The position numbers were made by a program, and so were the translations under genes. Of a DNA stretch of 64,000 nt, positions 47,270-60,645 are shown piece by piece (position 1 is the stretch's first letter; every line of letters begins with the position of its first letter). The notes under the pieces were generated by a model. The model worked only from the letters and a program-made list of their open reading frames with translations. It was not told the origin of the DNA and made no database searches. The stretch comes from Balanoglossus misakiensis (Eukaryota; Animalia; Hemichordata), in the NCBI GenBank assembly GCA_040954595.2, contig CM082577.2, positions 16,499,903 through 16,563,902 of the forward strand, read 5' to 3'.

Positions 47270-49250
47270 TCTAATTAGTATATTCATGACCCCATCAAAA
47301 TTCCAATTAACAAAATCAGGTAGGGACACCATAACACACATTCCTACCAAATTTCAGCTCCATTGTACATGTAGTTAGGGAGAAGAAGATTTGCTACCAA
47401 AAATTCTATTTTTACATCTTATTTGCATATTTATGACCCCATCATATCCAAATTAACAAAATCACGTAGGGGCACCATAACACACATTCCTACCAAATTT
47501 CAGCTCCATTGTACAAGTAATTGTGGAGAAGAAGATATTTACCAAAACTTCTATTTTTAGATCTAATTTGCATCTTCATGACCCATCAAATCCAAATTAA
47601 CATTAAAGCTGCAAGCAGCATTGTTGGGGTCCAAGCGCTGATCCGGTATTATATATGCACAGTATGAATGAGAAGAAACAGAATGCTCTATCGGGCGTTT
47701 TATCTCATGACATAACAAGGACGTATTTATTTTTGCTGCTGAAATAGAGAAAAGTAGGTCAAAGGTCACCTGAGGTCACCCAACATCTGGGCAAAATTTT
47801 TTGACCCATACTGGTCCATGTCCAATAAAAACCAATACTCTAACTCTATTGGTTCGTGTGTAATTAGGTATGTGCATATTTAATGAGGTCAGCAGGTGTC
47901 ACAGGTGACCCAAAAATGTGGCTTTACATTTTGGTCCCATCCTGCCAAATGGCAAGGCTGTATCTGCTCTGGATGCTGAGATATGCGAAAGTAGGTCAAA
48001 GGTCACCAGAGGTCACCCAACATTTGGGCAAAAATTTTTGATCCCATACTGGTCCATGTCCAACAAAAACCGAACCTCTAGCTCTATTGGTTCGCCTGTA
48101 ATTAGCTAAGCACATGATTAATGAGGTCAGCAGAGGTCAAAGGGGTCATGGAAAGTAGTAAAATATTTTGATCACACACTAATCCACATGCATCAAAAAC
48201 CAAACGTCTAGCCCTATTGGTTAGCCTGGAATTAGATATGCAGAAATAATAACATGTGAAAGGTAGGTCAAAGGTCATGTGAAAAATCGCCAAAAAATTG
48301 TAACATATTTTAGTCACATGACGATTGATATCCATAAACAGAATTTGTATGCTATCAATTTTTAGACTAGAAAAAGGAATGTCAATTTTTCATTGCTTTT
48401 TACAAAATCCAATATGGCTGCCATAATCTTCGACCAATCACAATGCTCTTTGCAAACTTGATAGACATTAGTGTACTGACCATACTCCCCGAATCTTGCG
48501 ACTCAGTTATCGCTCGTTCTGGAGAAGAAGATTTTTGGAGTTTTACTATGGTTTTTCGAAAATCCAATATGGCCGCCATAATCTTCGACCAATCACAATG
48601 ATCTTCGCAAACTTGAAAGACATCACTTAGGTGACCACATACCCCAAACCGCGTGACTGGGTTATTGCCGGTTCTGGAGAAAAAGATTTTTGAAATTTTG
48701 ACCAGATTTCAGAAAAACAACTGTAGCAAAAAAACTGCAACATTGACAGCAAAATATCCAATTACAAAAATGATGGGCAGAAGGTAAACTACCAGCATGC
48801 CAAATCTGAAGTCAATCTGACTTGTAGTTTCTGAGATCTGAGATTTGAATTTTTTCAGAAAATCCAATATGGCCACCATGTCACGTGACTAATTAAAAAT
48901 TCATGGGTTCAATGCACGACTACTCATCGACCTTGACCACTGTAGCAAGTTTGAGAACTGTACCTGCAGCAGTGTCTGAGATCTAGAGCGACAAAGAAAT
49001 GAACCTAGAATAAAGAAAGAAAAACCCCAACAAAACCAATAGGGGTCCAAGCGCTGCAGCGCTTGGACCCCTAAAAATCAGGTAAGGGCATAATAACACA
49101 CATTCCAACCAACTAAATATACCAAGTAGTTTTAAAGAAGAAGATTTAAATACCAAAAGTTGATGGACGACGGACAACGGACAACGGACGGACACTTATC
49201 AACCTACTGCTACAGCTCGGCTGACACAAGTGACAGCAGAGCTAAAAAAC
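47270..49250. mobile_element. Older HINE-like element split by HINE copy 3
   Basis: Tandem subrepeats of about 125 bp (aattaacaaaatca..ataacacacattcctaccaaatttcag). The third subrepeat is cut at 47601 and resumes at 49074. Ends with a (gacg/gacaacg)n tract and the hairpin agctc.gctg..cagcagagct. Confidence 0.6.
47602..49073. mobile_element. HINE-like element, copy 3
   Basis: Colinear with and highly similar to 33852-35338. Subterminal ggggtccaagcgc, terminal hairpin ggggtccaagcgc-tgca-gcgcttggacccc, no TSD. Confidence 0.8.
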
Positions 49251-49760
49251 ACAATTTCTTCCGCTCGCGTATGTTAACACAAGGGTCAGCAAGGGCACCA
49301 TCTGTCGACAAGACAGAATATGTCAATCGAGCGCTAGAAACAGTTGTAACCACACCAGCCAATCAGTTAATGTAATTCATGTTCAAGACAGGCAAATAAA
49401 ATGAGAAAATTACGAGAAACCCTCCAAAAATATCACGTGACAAAAAGTTGCATTTTTGGGGTCGAAAATGATATTCTTAAAAGGAGGCCAAAAATCCAAC
49501 GCTAGATGGGTCAATAAATCATTGTATCAAATTTCATGCCTTTAACCCAAAGTGCACGATTTCAAAGTATGAATATATGTTTCTGGCCACTAGAGGGCGC
49601 TGTCATTTTGGATGTTGGAAAATGTCCGCCATGAGTCAATGCATAACTACCAAATTTAATGCTTTTAACCTAAAGTGCACAATTTTTTTGGTTAACCGCC
49701 CCACTACTAAACAGAACTTACCATAGCAATTTTCCAGATTTAGGTGTAATATCTCGTTAA

Positions 49761-50024
49761 AGCCCCATGAACTGCCATATTTCTCATTTCCCCCTTTACA
49801 TTTAGAATCGCCACCATTGAGCCATATTACTTCTCTTTATATGAAGATTGATTAAACAGGTGCGGCAAGTGTTTATATATCACTTCTTATTGCAACATAC
49901 AACTACAATCATACATCAATAAGATTTCATGTGTAACTATTAGTAGTATGTCTATTTGGATGGACCAATCCGAGTTGGACAGTAAAACCAAGTAAATAAT
50001 GCAAAAGTAGCAGTTCTTGGGGCT
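49761..50024. mobile_element. Short Kolobok-type MITE
   Basis: TIR agccccatgaactgc / gcagttcttggggct, TTAA left and TCAA right. Related orphan right ends lie near 54370 and 55675. Confidence 0.55.
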
Positions 50025-50824
50025 TCAACATGATTTGCATTCATATGAGCATGACAATATTAACTTGATTACCTATATGACAATGTTGAGCATCTCTCCT
50101 ATTTCCCATAATCCAAAATGAATGCCAAGCACCAGTCATTTTTTTTATTTTGGTCTGCTTCTTAAATAATATGGAGAATTTTCAGGGTTTTTATATATAA
50201 AATTAATTTCTAATGCTATTTAAACTACAGGTTATAGAAATGCACCAAATATCTGGTCGTGTGAATTAAATTAGAATAAATTATTGAACATTTAATGAAT
50301 GGAGTTGTATTTATAAATAAATTTAAGTATTACTTTCTGATAGACTTATCTTCAGTTTCAACTGAGTCAGAATATCAGACGCATTTAGGGAAATTTGAAC
50401 CCAAGTTTACCGTACAACCTCTCTATCCCAAATATATGTCCACCCCCACTGATAGGGTCACAATAAGTCAGTCCCTCTGCATCATTCATTCCTTCATCTC
50501 ATGAGAATCCTTTTGTGAATTCCGACCTCAAAAAGAAACACCCAGGTAATCACCGTCATTCACCACACCCTCGTTGGTAACCACCATGTTTATATCCATT
50601 GCCCGAATATGTTGTCTCTTGTTCGATGGATTGCGTCAAAGGCTAGTCAAAGTTTCATCTCCTGCTCATTTTGAGCATTTTCATCTGGTGCATAATGGCA
50701 GGAGTACATATGACCCATGCAGGCTGATGCATGTACAGTGATGGGAAATGTATTAATCCACTCATGCACTAGATCTGCAGACAGTGTCCTATCTTTTAGG
50801 GCTATTTTCCCAACCCTTATGTTA

Positions 50825-51932
50825 GGGACTGTCCAGAATTTACTTCCAGGGGGGGGCTGGAGGATTTTCAGGGGGGGGCCACCCATTTTCCCCAAGAAAA
50901 ATTAGGGGGGGTCAGACATAAAAATCACAATCCTTTAGGGGGGGCCATGTAAAATACTCTCACAAACTCAATATTTGCCCAGAAGCACTGATTTATACAA
51001 TGTATAAGAAACAAACCACCATGGCTACCTGGATGACAGATGAACTCCGCAAGTGCATTAAATCTTCATAAGCTTGAATTTCCGGTAATTTTTACGGTGG
51101 GTTATTTTGTATATCTACTACAGTTTCTTGTTCTACTCTGTGAAGCATAATAAAATGCCCAGTATTTGGCCTGCCAGCACAGACCATAAATGTACAGTGA
51201 ACAGTCAGTGTTGTTACTGTTGACGAGCTCAATTCAAGTCCAGACTAGAATTCGTTAATTTTCTCATCAATCATTCATATATGTATATAAAAAGTTAATT
51301 TGCTTTTGGGTTCATTAAAATGCAGCTTTGAGCTCTGTATTTTATAAAATTTTCTTACAGGGGAGGGGGACACCCCCTCCCAAACCCACCCCCTTCACTT
51401 CTCGGTTTACAATATCTGCCAACACAGAATACAAATACTTAACAAATATAAACAATGTTCAGTTTTAATATCCACTGATGAGGAAAAACATCAGTTTCAA
51501 ATTCTTTTCATGGGAGCGCTGTTTTTCTTTTTTTACAAGATAGATAGGTGATGTGTTTTGCTGTGTGAAAGAAAATGGGGGGTGGGATTTCAAAATTTTA
51601 AGCTGTTCGGAAGGAGGGGGGGATTTGAAAATATTTCGGGTTGTTGAGGGGGGCATGTGAAAATTAACGGTAAAAAAAATTTAATTCTCCCCCCCCCCCC
51701 TTCCAGAGGTGTTTGTAAATGCAGCCTTATCAGACTGTATGTGTCGTAGTCTGTACCGGTAAGCATGCATGTATATATTGGGGGGGGGGGGGGTCATGGA
51801 AAAAAAACAGGAAATTTACGGGGGGGGCCACAGATTTCCTCCACAATTTACAAGGGGGGGCCATGGAAAAAAATCACCAGGAAAATAAGAAATCCTCCAG
51901 CCCCACCCTGGAAGTAAATTCTGGACAGTCCC
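50825..51932. mobile_element. PIF/Harbinger-type MITE
   Basis: TIR gggactgtccagaatttacttccaggg / ccctggaagtaaattctggacagtccc with TTA on both flanks. Confidence 0.85.
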
Positions 51933-53124
51933 TTAGTCTGCTGGCCAAAGTGTCCAACACAGACATTCTTTCAATATCCTTCACAGTGCCGACAGACAAT
52001 GCTTGGCATATAGCCTATGTTGCTTGTAAGACACACACCTCCAATTAGTTGCTACATTGGGCCAATCATACTGTACAAGTACAGCTAGGAAAAATATGTC
52101 ATCATAGTTTCCATGGTCAGCAGCCTGGTAATACACAATGGGTCTGGTTTTTGGCACTACCATCTGAAAAATTTCGAAGTAAATACCCCCCCCCCCCCCC
52201 TGGGTGTCGGACAGTGGGATGTAGGCGAACATAATTGTCCCCATAATTATTTATCTATTCAAATGCTGCTCCCACATACACTTCCAGTCCTGATACTTGT
52301 ATCAGGGACAAGAATCATGTGAGAAGAAGGGCAAAAGTTAAATATCCAGGAGGTGTTTGGGGGTCATATTGAATAACGCGAATTAGTACACTTGTCTTAT
52401 ATTGCCATGTCAACCACGTAGTACCCATATTAATGAAAACACTGAAAATGCGATAATACACACCATATAAGACAACTATGGGAAAATTTACTTTTTAGAG
52501 GTGTTTGGTGGCCATTTTTGATTATGCAAATTAGGAGAGTTGAACAAAAGTGCCATATTGGCTATGCAGTTGTCTTGTTTTGGGTGCCAATAAGAACGCA
52601 ATCTTGAAAACGAAAGATTTTTACCATTATGGCACAAACAGTGCAAAATTTGATTTTAGAGGTGCTCGGCAGCCATTTTTTATTATGCAAATTAGAAAAG
52701 TTGCCCAACACTGCCACATGAATGCAATCTTGAAAACAACATATTATTCAGTAAAGTTAATTAGAAGAGTTGCCCAACATTGCCATATTTTTAATACAGT
52801 TGTTTTGTTTAAGGTACTAATATGAATGCGATTCCTGAAAATTAGATATTATACAACATTTTGAGAAAAATATGACAAAATTTAATTTTAGAAGTATTCC
52901 GTGGCCATTTTTGATTATGCAAATAAGAAGAATTGCCCAAAATTGCCACTTTGGCAACTACGCTGAAATAGTTTTAGGGGCCCATAATCAGCAGAAAAAC
53001 TTCACAGAAAAGAACATTTCTAGCTTCACCATTGAGCACATTGGACTGTCAACTCGAACACAAGACATGGTCCAAATTTGCAAGCTGAGTTTAAACTGAG
53101 TGCTCAGCTCTGTTAATGTCTTGT

Positions 53125-53945
53125 GTGATTTCAAGCAATTGATGACCAAATTTTACACAATTTCGCTGGGGTAACCATTTAGGTTTCATGACTAATTTGT
53201 TTAAGAATCCATAAAACACGAATTCTACCCAATGAATGAATTTCCTTAGAATTTCACAACTGTGACGGAGTATGCAGTTATGCAAAAAAGTGTGTATTAT
53301 ACACATAAGAAATTTTTCACATGCATTTTTCGGATGGCAATGCATTTAACTTTAAACAAATATTGACGTCAGTTAGTAACGCTATTTTCTCAGTTAAATG
53401 ACTACATCATAATCCCTCCAACCAAAGTAGAAACAGAGTTAAAGATGCACAGCTAGAAATCATAAATGTTGCAAAATTGACCAACAGTTCCGTCAACAAT
53501 CATGTTCTTACAGCTTTTATTAGAACCAGACAGTCTCGGCGAACAAGAGATGTGGGCCTGATTTGCCGAGTTTGAACTGACTTTGCCTGCACACGGACGC
53601 CCCAGTTTCAGCAAAATTTATTGTATTAAAATATGAATATGGAGAATTTTTCTCTGTGTTCCTATAGTTAGCCTGCACAGATGTTGTCATTCTAGTTTTT
53701 ATCTGTGTTCTGTGATCAGAGATTCAGTTGCGAGAACCATTACCTAGGCAACGAGCATCCAGAATTTATCTGATGCTTCTTACCAGCAGAAGGACCACCA
53801 TTCACAGATTTTCATTTCTACAACACAAGGGAAATTTACAATTTGCATGGAAATATAAATCCTGTAAAATTCTTCTATATGTTCTTCATTGAGGATTCAG
53901 AAGTATTACGACTGATAGTGTTAGTTAGAGTACCTGTATTCCAAA
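53125..53945 (+). repeat. Repeat of about 820 bp, copy A (possibly piggyBac-derived)
   Basis: Colinear reverse-complement match to 59830-60645. One frame gives NPVKFFYMFF, weakly like the piggyBac transposase N-terminal region. Confidence 0.7.
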
Positions 53946-55959
53946 AAAGCATGCTGTCAGTGTATGTGTGATTGTGATCAATATTGTATTTTCAAAATTT
54001 GCTTCAGAATGATATCCTTTTACCTGAAATATTGCAAAAATTTGGAGGGTTGCATTTATTTTGAAATTCTCGAAGAAAGTTTTAGGCATAAAAAAGTTGC
54101 TATACCACGAAAAATTGGTACCTATGAATTCAATTAAAAAGTATTGTAATGTCTGTTTCACAACAGTGTGTCAGTTCAACAAAGCGCATGAGGATTGTAA
54201 ATCACCTATGTGAATTTTGTGAGATCAAGGAGTGCATATTACATGCCCATGGCTGCATCATTTGCATATGATGGCTTACATTAAAATGTGATGTGCATCA
54301 TATTTATTTAAATAACATAAAACCACTGATATGTACAGAAAGGTAAAACAAATCCCTCAGCTCATGGGGCTTTAAAACACCACTATTATTGTGGAAGTAG
54401 TACATCACTCACATTTTGTGTTTTGCAGAAATTGTTATGTGATACTACTAGTATATCAGCCTGTTTTGGGGATCTTGACAATGACTTGTATTTGGCTTTT
54501 CAAACACAACATGAGGCAAAATTTCAGAAAAGATTAGGTAATAAGATTCCACATCTCATAGAAAAAAATCCATTCAGAAGTTTTACGAAAAAAAAAAAGA
54601 TTTCTCTCCTATTTGGAGCATAAATGTTAAAAACATCCATACAGACATAGAGAGGTCAATGTGTATACAAGTCGCAGTAGGGGTTTCTCCTTAATTGCAA
54701 ATAATTATTTATGGGTCATTTTTAAGGTTATAGTTTAACAATGTTTGTGGTATAAGATAAAAGATTCAAATTGAGCTATGATTTGATTCCATTATAATTC
54801 TGAAGAAGCACATATCATTAACTTACAACTAAACTTTTAAAGTGATCGGCCATGCAATTTCTGTGAAAAAGATTTTTTTTACCAAAAATTCGAAAACATA
54901 CCCCAAAAATGAAATATTTTCATTTTCAGCAGACTTTTGATATATCACAGTAAGAATTTCCCTGGAAACTACAAACTAAATTGCACAGCAATCAGACAAA
55001 ATGGCAAAAATTGCTGACAAAAAACCACATTGACACTTCCATCATAGGGTTTGTTAAATTGTCTTGAAAACACATTTAGGAACTTGCATACCAAATTTCA
55101 AAGAAATGTGGGTTGAGGTTTCTGGCTGTTTGACTAAAATGACCAAAATCGCCCCAAAATATAGTTCAAAATATGAAAAAGATCTGTATAAGGTCTCAAT
55201 AAAATAAATACACACCACCCTCTTTAAAGAAATCTGACCAGTACCTTATTGAGTTTCTGTGTTTTGAACAATTTCACATTGGTCCAAATGTATAGAGACA
55301 TATATGAAATGGGACCCAAAGAATAAAACACATTTCAAAGCTGCCAAATTTCACACATCTTTTTCCACAATAACATTATTCAAATGTTCTCCCTATCCTT
55401 TAAAATCACCACCATTAAGTCATATTATGTGAATTTGCATGGATTTGTCATCTCTTGGCACTGCATACCACAATAGTTGTGTATCCTTTGTAGGGAGGCC
55501 GATTAAATAGGTGCAGCACCCGTTTTATATCTGACATCTTCAAATTGCAATGTAGCCACATTCATTCATTGATAAAATGTTCATGTATACCTATCAGTAA
55601 GCTAATTTAGAGGGACAAATCTAAGACAGAAAGTAAAATCCTGAAAATAATGTAAAAGTGGCAACTCTTGGGGCTTTAACTGACAGCTTTATGCCAGCTG
55701 GGTTTCTAAGGATAAAATGTTGACGTTAAGGTTTTGCTGAATTTACATGGGAACCCCCCTACCATTTGAGGCACCAAAGCTGTGAACAACTTGCTTCTTT
55801 CCTTGAGAGTTGTTTATGAATATGTTTTACTCTGGGACAAAAATGTGTTGCCAAGTTTCTCGACCGTTTACCAGGGACAAGAATTTTTCACAATATATCA
55901 AACAGCCTTGGGTGACTTTTTACCCACTTTCCCCTATTGGGTAGCAAGTAACACCGAAT

Positions 55960-57155
55960 GGCTTACCAGTAGGGTAAGAGATACCGTGTTTAATATTAAC
56001 ATGTAATAACATGAAACTATTATTTGGTGGTTAATTTAGGACTCCCTTGATCTATGGTGACCTCATTAAATATGTACATATCTAATTCTAGGCTATCCAT
56101 TGGAGGCAAAAACCTGGACATGGAAAACTTTGGGGTCAAATTTTTTTGGAGAAAATTTTGGGTGACCTTGGGTAAACTTTGACCTACATTACTATATCTT
56201 GCCATCGGGAATAGATACAACCTTGACACTTGGAGTGATGGAACTATGTAATGGAGTATTATGTCTCAGCTAGTCACAGTGCTTTTGCTGTGTTTTATGT
56301 CTTTTATTTAGCCACATTAGATGTTTTTTCATTACACATTGGCTGTGTTTGCCAGTACTTTTTAGCTGGTCACACTGCCTTAACACAATGTATTCTGAAA
56401 ATACCATGCAATCATTATGAAGCATATACAGCAGACAGTTGTGGTATGACTGAACTTGCCCTTCTTTGTGATTAAAGCATGACCGGCCTGTCTTAGGTGG
56501 CCCCTACCTAGGGGCTTTACCCGTCATTGGCTCACAGTCTGAGAAATCAGCTCTGCAGGGAAGTTAACGATGTAACCCACCATTAAAGCTTGGATTTCCG
56601 CTTTTTGTATTTGATGCCTGGCTGAGGCCTTCTTAGGATCTACCCAACGCTGAGTAGGCTATCCCGTCATTGGCACACAGTCTCAGGGAGGGAGTCAAAA
56701 GGTCAGTATACCATCAAAGCCTTTATATTGTCCATTCTTTTTAAGAGAAGGCTTGCTGCTGTAGAAAAATGTTGATCACAAGTTTATCATGTCCAAAAAA
56801 GCCAGCCCTATTGGTTAGCCTGGCATTAGGTAAGTACATAATTAATGAGGTAAGACATAATATTCCATTACATAGTTCCATCACTCCAAGTGTCAAGGTT
56901 GTATCTGCTCCAGATGCCACAATATAGGAATGTAGATCAAAATTTACCCAAGGACACCCAAAATTTTGTCAAACAATTTTGACCCCAAAGTTGTCCATGT
57001 CAAGGTTTCTACCTCCACTGGATAGCCTAGAATTAGATATGCATACATTTAATGAGGCTACCATAGATCAAGGGAGTCCTAAATTAACCATCAAATTCTA
57101 GTTTCATATTAATGCATGTTTATAAAACACTGTATCTCTAACCCTACAGGTAACT
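55960..57155. repeat. Inverted pair of HINE-related fragments of about 300 bp (55960-56270 and 56855-57155)
   Basis: ggttaatttaggactcccttgatctatgg and ccttgacacttggagtgatggaactatgtaatgga recur as exact reverse complements. Confidence 0.7.
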
Positions 57156-58153
57156 TGGTAAGCTTAGAATTAGATACATGCCTAAGGTTTTGACAAGACA
57201 GTTTAGTTGTAAGTACATGAACCTAGACAATTGACTCAAAATAACATAAAGGCAGAATTGATACTGACTGGAGATTAATATTAATAACAACAATGATGTG
57301 AAATTACACCAGGGATGTTTGTCTTATTATAGCTAATAGACTGCTTGAGGTAATGTAAAGAAAGTGGCCATTTGCAATTTACTTTCAAAGGGCTATGCAA
57401 GTCTATGGTTCATTGTTTTTCCAATGATTGGACAAAGGATATACATATGTGTAATTCAAGTTGAGTAGCATTGTTAATGTAATAAGCCCTACCTTCACTA
57501 TAATCTTACACCAAATCAACACTGTTCAGTTAATGTGATTGACTTGAAAGGAATGCTAGTTACATCACAATTCCTGTCAAAGGGTATCAGTTTAGTAGGC
57601 CAATGGTACACTGGATGCTAGAGGTTACTGTTGGAAGCAAAGCGGTCAGAACACGGCTGGATATAGACTAGGTAGTTCTGAATGTTACCATGGACTGTAC
57701 CACATAGACTCTGTATTGTATGTTTCTGGAGAATCCCATTTAACACAAACATCAACATCTTTCAACTTCGCAAGAAGTATAACATACAGGATTTACTAGT
57801 AAATATTTGTTTGGTTATATACACTGCGGACCCATTTGGGGATAGCTCACAATTAGGTGTGTACAAGGGAAAAAAGGTGACATCAGCAAGTACATATGAC
57901 CTACCGTAGGAAAAAATCAAAGGAATCTGACAAGTATTTTCAGAAAAAACAATATTTGTTCAATAATGACAAAAACTGCCTTAACCCACAAATATGCAAA
58001 TATCAACAAATTGTACAATATGTTACTTCAACCACCACAAGGAACACGCCTACAGAAATTGAAAGCAATCTGAAAAGCAGTTTCAAAGAATACAAATTGT
58101 AAAAATTGCCTGAAGACCACAAATGTGTAAATTTCACCAAAAATGATTTTATA

Positions 58154-58482
58154 CAGTGCAGCTTAGGAATAGCTTTCCAACTGCACCAACACTGGGTCAA
58201 CTCTGTTTAAACACTGCGTCAACTCTGGGTTAGCACCCTATTGGCGCTCTAATTAGCACCTATTGGGCTTGTGTTTAACTGGGGTGTGCCAAAACAATAG
58301 GGTGCGCCAAGGTTTAACACCTTTGTAGCACATGCTAACACTGAACAATGCCAAGTGCCAGGGCCAACAGATTCACACCTTTGTAACACTTGGAACACAC
58401 AGGCTAACACTGTGTTGACTCATTATAAACACCTTGTCAGCAAGTTGTTAGCAAATTGGAAAGCTATTCCTAAGCTGCACTG
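58154..58482. mobile_element. Tc1/mariner-type MITE
   Basis: Perfect 27-bp TIR cagtgcagcttaggaatagctttccaa, TA on both flanks, internal aacac subrepeats. Confidence 0.85.
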
Positions 58483-58664
58483 TATAACTTGGGTAACCTC
58501 TTGGAACAAGCATACTAAAATTTAAAAGCAATCTGACAAGGAGTTTCAAAAGTGATTTTTGACCAAAAATGACAAAACTTGCCCCCTAATTACAAATTTT
58601 GCAACAATACAAACAAAACGAACTAAGAGCACCTGTAGGAAGTGTCACACAAAATCATAGAGAG

Positions 58665-59285
58665 ATCAGTCATTCTCACACACCTGGCAGCTGGGAGTGT
58701 GGGATAGAGAGTGTGGGATCAAATCGATCCCACACTCTGTGTAAATACGCACACAGACAACTGTTTTCTGACATGAGCTCTGATTGGATAATGATATTCA
58801 TACCCCTCAGAACAAGCAAATAATATCCAATTGTGTGATGTGTTGTACACGAACCGGAACTACAATGTGATCAGGTCATGTGCAGACGACAGTTGTGTAC
58901 GTGGTTGGCAACAGACTCGCAAAAAAACGGTTGTATTTTCTAGATATCGCGCGAATTTATGCCACAGGAAACAATCTCCATATTTTAATGTGTTGAGCAC
59001 ATTTTTGTAGCATGTGTGTACTGTAAACTCGTGATGAAATGGGGACTATGTTTTGCGGGACGGATCAATATATGACCGGTCATGCATCAGTTGGTATTTT
59101 ATAGATTTAGTTCTTTTATTGTAAATAAACGTTAATATCGCAAATTTCTGGTTGTGTGAGAAATAGAATCTCACACACCAAGGACCTGGGATCGTATTTC
59201 TCACACTCATCGGGGATATTTTGTCCCTCAACTCATGTGAGAAAATACGATCCCACATTTGGGAGTGTGAGATTCTATTAATCAC
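58665..59285. mobile_element. Non-coding element with a terminal hairpin of about 130 bp (Crypton-like non-autonomous)
   Basis: Hairpin 59156-59285 (aatagaatctcacac..tgggatcgtatttctcaca / tgtgagaaaatacgatccca..gtgtgagattctatt). Related gtgtgggatc/gatcccacac palindrome and a ctgattgg motif at the other end. Confidence 0.5.
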
Positions 59286-59587
59286 TGTTAGAGAATTTTT
59301 TTTCCAATAATGTGAAAAAAGACAAAAACATTCAATAAAAACTAGACAATTCACGATATTAGCTCAAAGTATATCAGGTATGACATAAGCTACATGCATA
59401 CAAGTGTTCAACAATCTGACCAGTTGTTGCGTTCCTGAGTTTTGATCAATTTCACATTTTCCAGGTAATTTGCATATTTTTCGCAATGACAACTTTATTT
59501 GAACAAAATCTTATCTACAGGCCGGCATGCATTTACATATCAAATATGAAGGTGATACGTGAAGTGGTTTTCAAGGTTTTGATTGGG

Positions 59588-59639
59588 CATACATACATAC
59601 ATACATACATACATACATACATACATACATACATACATA
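59588..59639. repeat. (CATA)n microsatellite
   Basis: Tetranucleotide run at the end of a HINE-like fragment. Confidence 0.9.
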
Positions 59640-59829
59640 GGCAACTCACTTGTTAGAAAGTGTGAGCAAAAATGCGGCAAACCAATGTTGTAACACTGGT
59701 ATTAGGCCTCAATGTTTATGATATCAGGACAGTGTAATTAACATGAAGTTTTATGTATTCATAATCATTAAGAGAAGCAAATTTTGAAAATACACAATTG
59801 ATCACAATCACATGTACACTGACAGTATT

Positions 59830-60645
59830 ATTTGGAATACAGGTACTCTCACTAACGCTATCAGTCATAATACATTTGAATCATCAATAAAGAACATATA
59901 GAAGAATTTAACAGGATTTATACTTGCACGCAAAGTGTGCATTTCCCTTGTGTCGTAGAAATGAAAATCTGCAACTGGTGGTCCTTCTGCCTGTAAGAGG
60001 CATCTGGTGTACTTAAGCACTTTGAGAACCTGGTTTTCGCAACTGAATCTCTGTTCACAGAGCACAGAAAAACTAGAATGACAACAGCTATGCATGCTAA
60101 CAATAGGAACACAGAGAACAGAGCTTCATATTCATATTTTAACACGATAAGATTCACTGAAATTGGCACATCCGTGTGCAGGCAAAGTCAGTTCAAACTC
60201 GGCTTGCAAATCAGGCCCATGTCTCTTGTTTGCGGAGACTGTCTGGTTCGAATAATAACTGTAAGACCATGATCATTAACCAAACTGTTGGTTCAATTTT
60301 GCAACATTTTACAATTTCAAGCTGTGCATATTTAACTCTGTTTCGACTTTGGTTGGAGGGATAATGATGTAGTCATTTCACTGACAAAATAGCTTTACTA
60401 ACTGACGTCAATATTTGTTTAAAGTTAAATGCATTGCCATCAGAAAAATGCTTATGAAAAATTTCTTATGTGAATAATACACACTTTCGGCATCACTGCA
60501 CACTCCGTCACAGTTATGAAATTCTAAGAAATTGCATTCATTGGGTATAATTTGTGTTTTATGGATTCTTAAACAAATTAGTCACGAAACCTAAATGGTT
60601 ACCTCAGAGAAACTGTGTAAAATTTGGTCATCAATAACTTGAAAT
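59830..60645 (-). repeat. Repeat of about 820 bp, copy B (inverted relative to 53125-53945)
   Basis: Colinear reverse-complement similarity with scattered substitutions. Confidence 0.7.
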
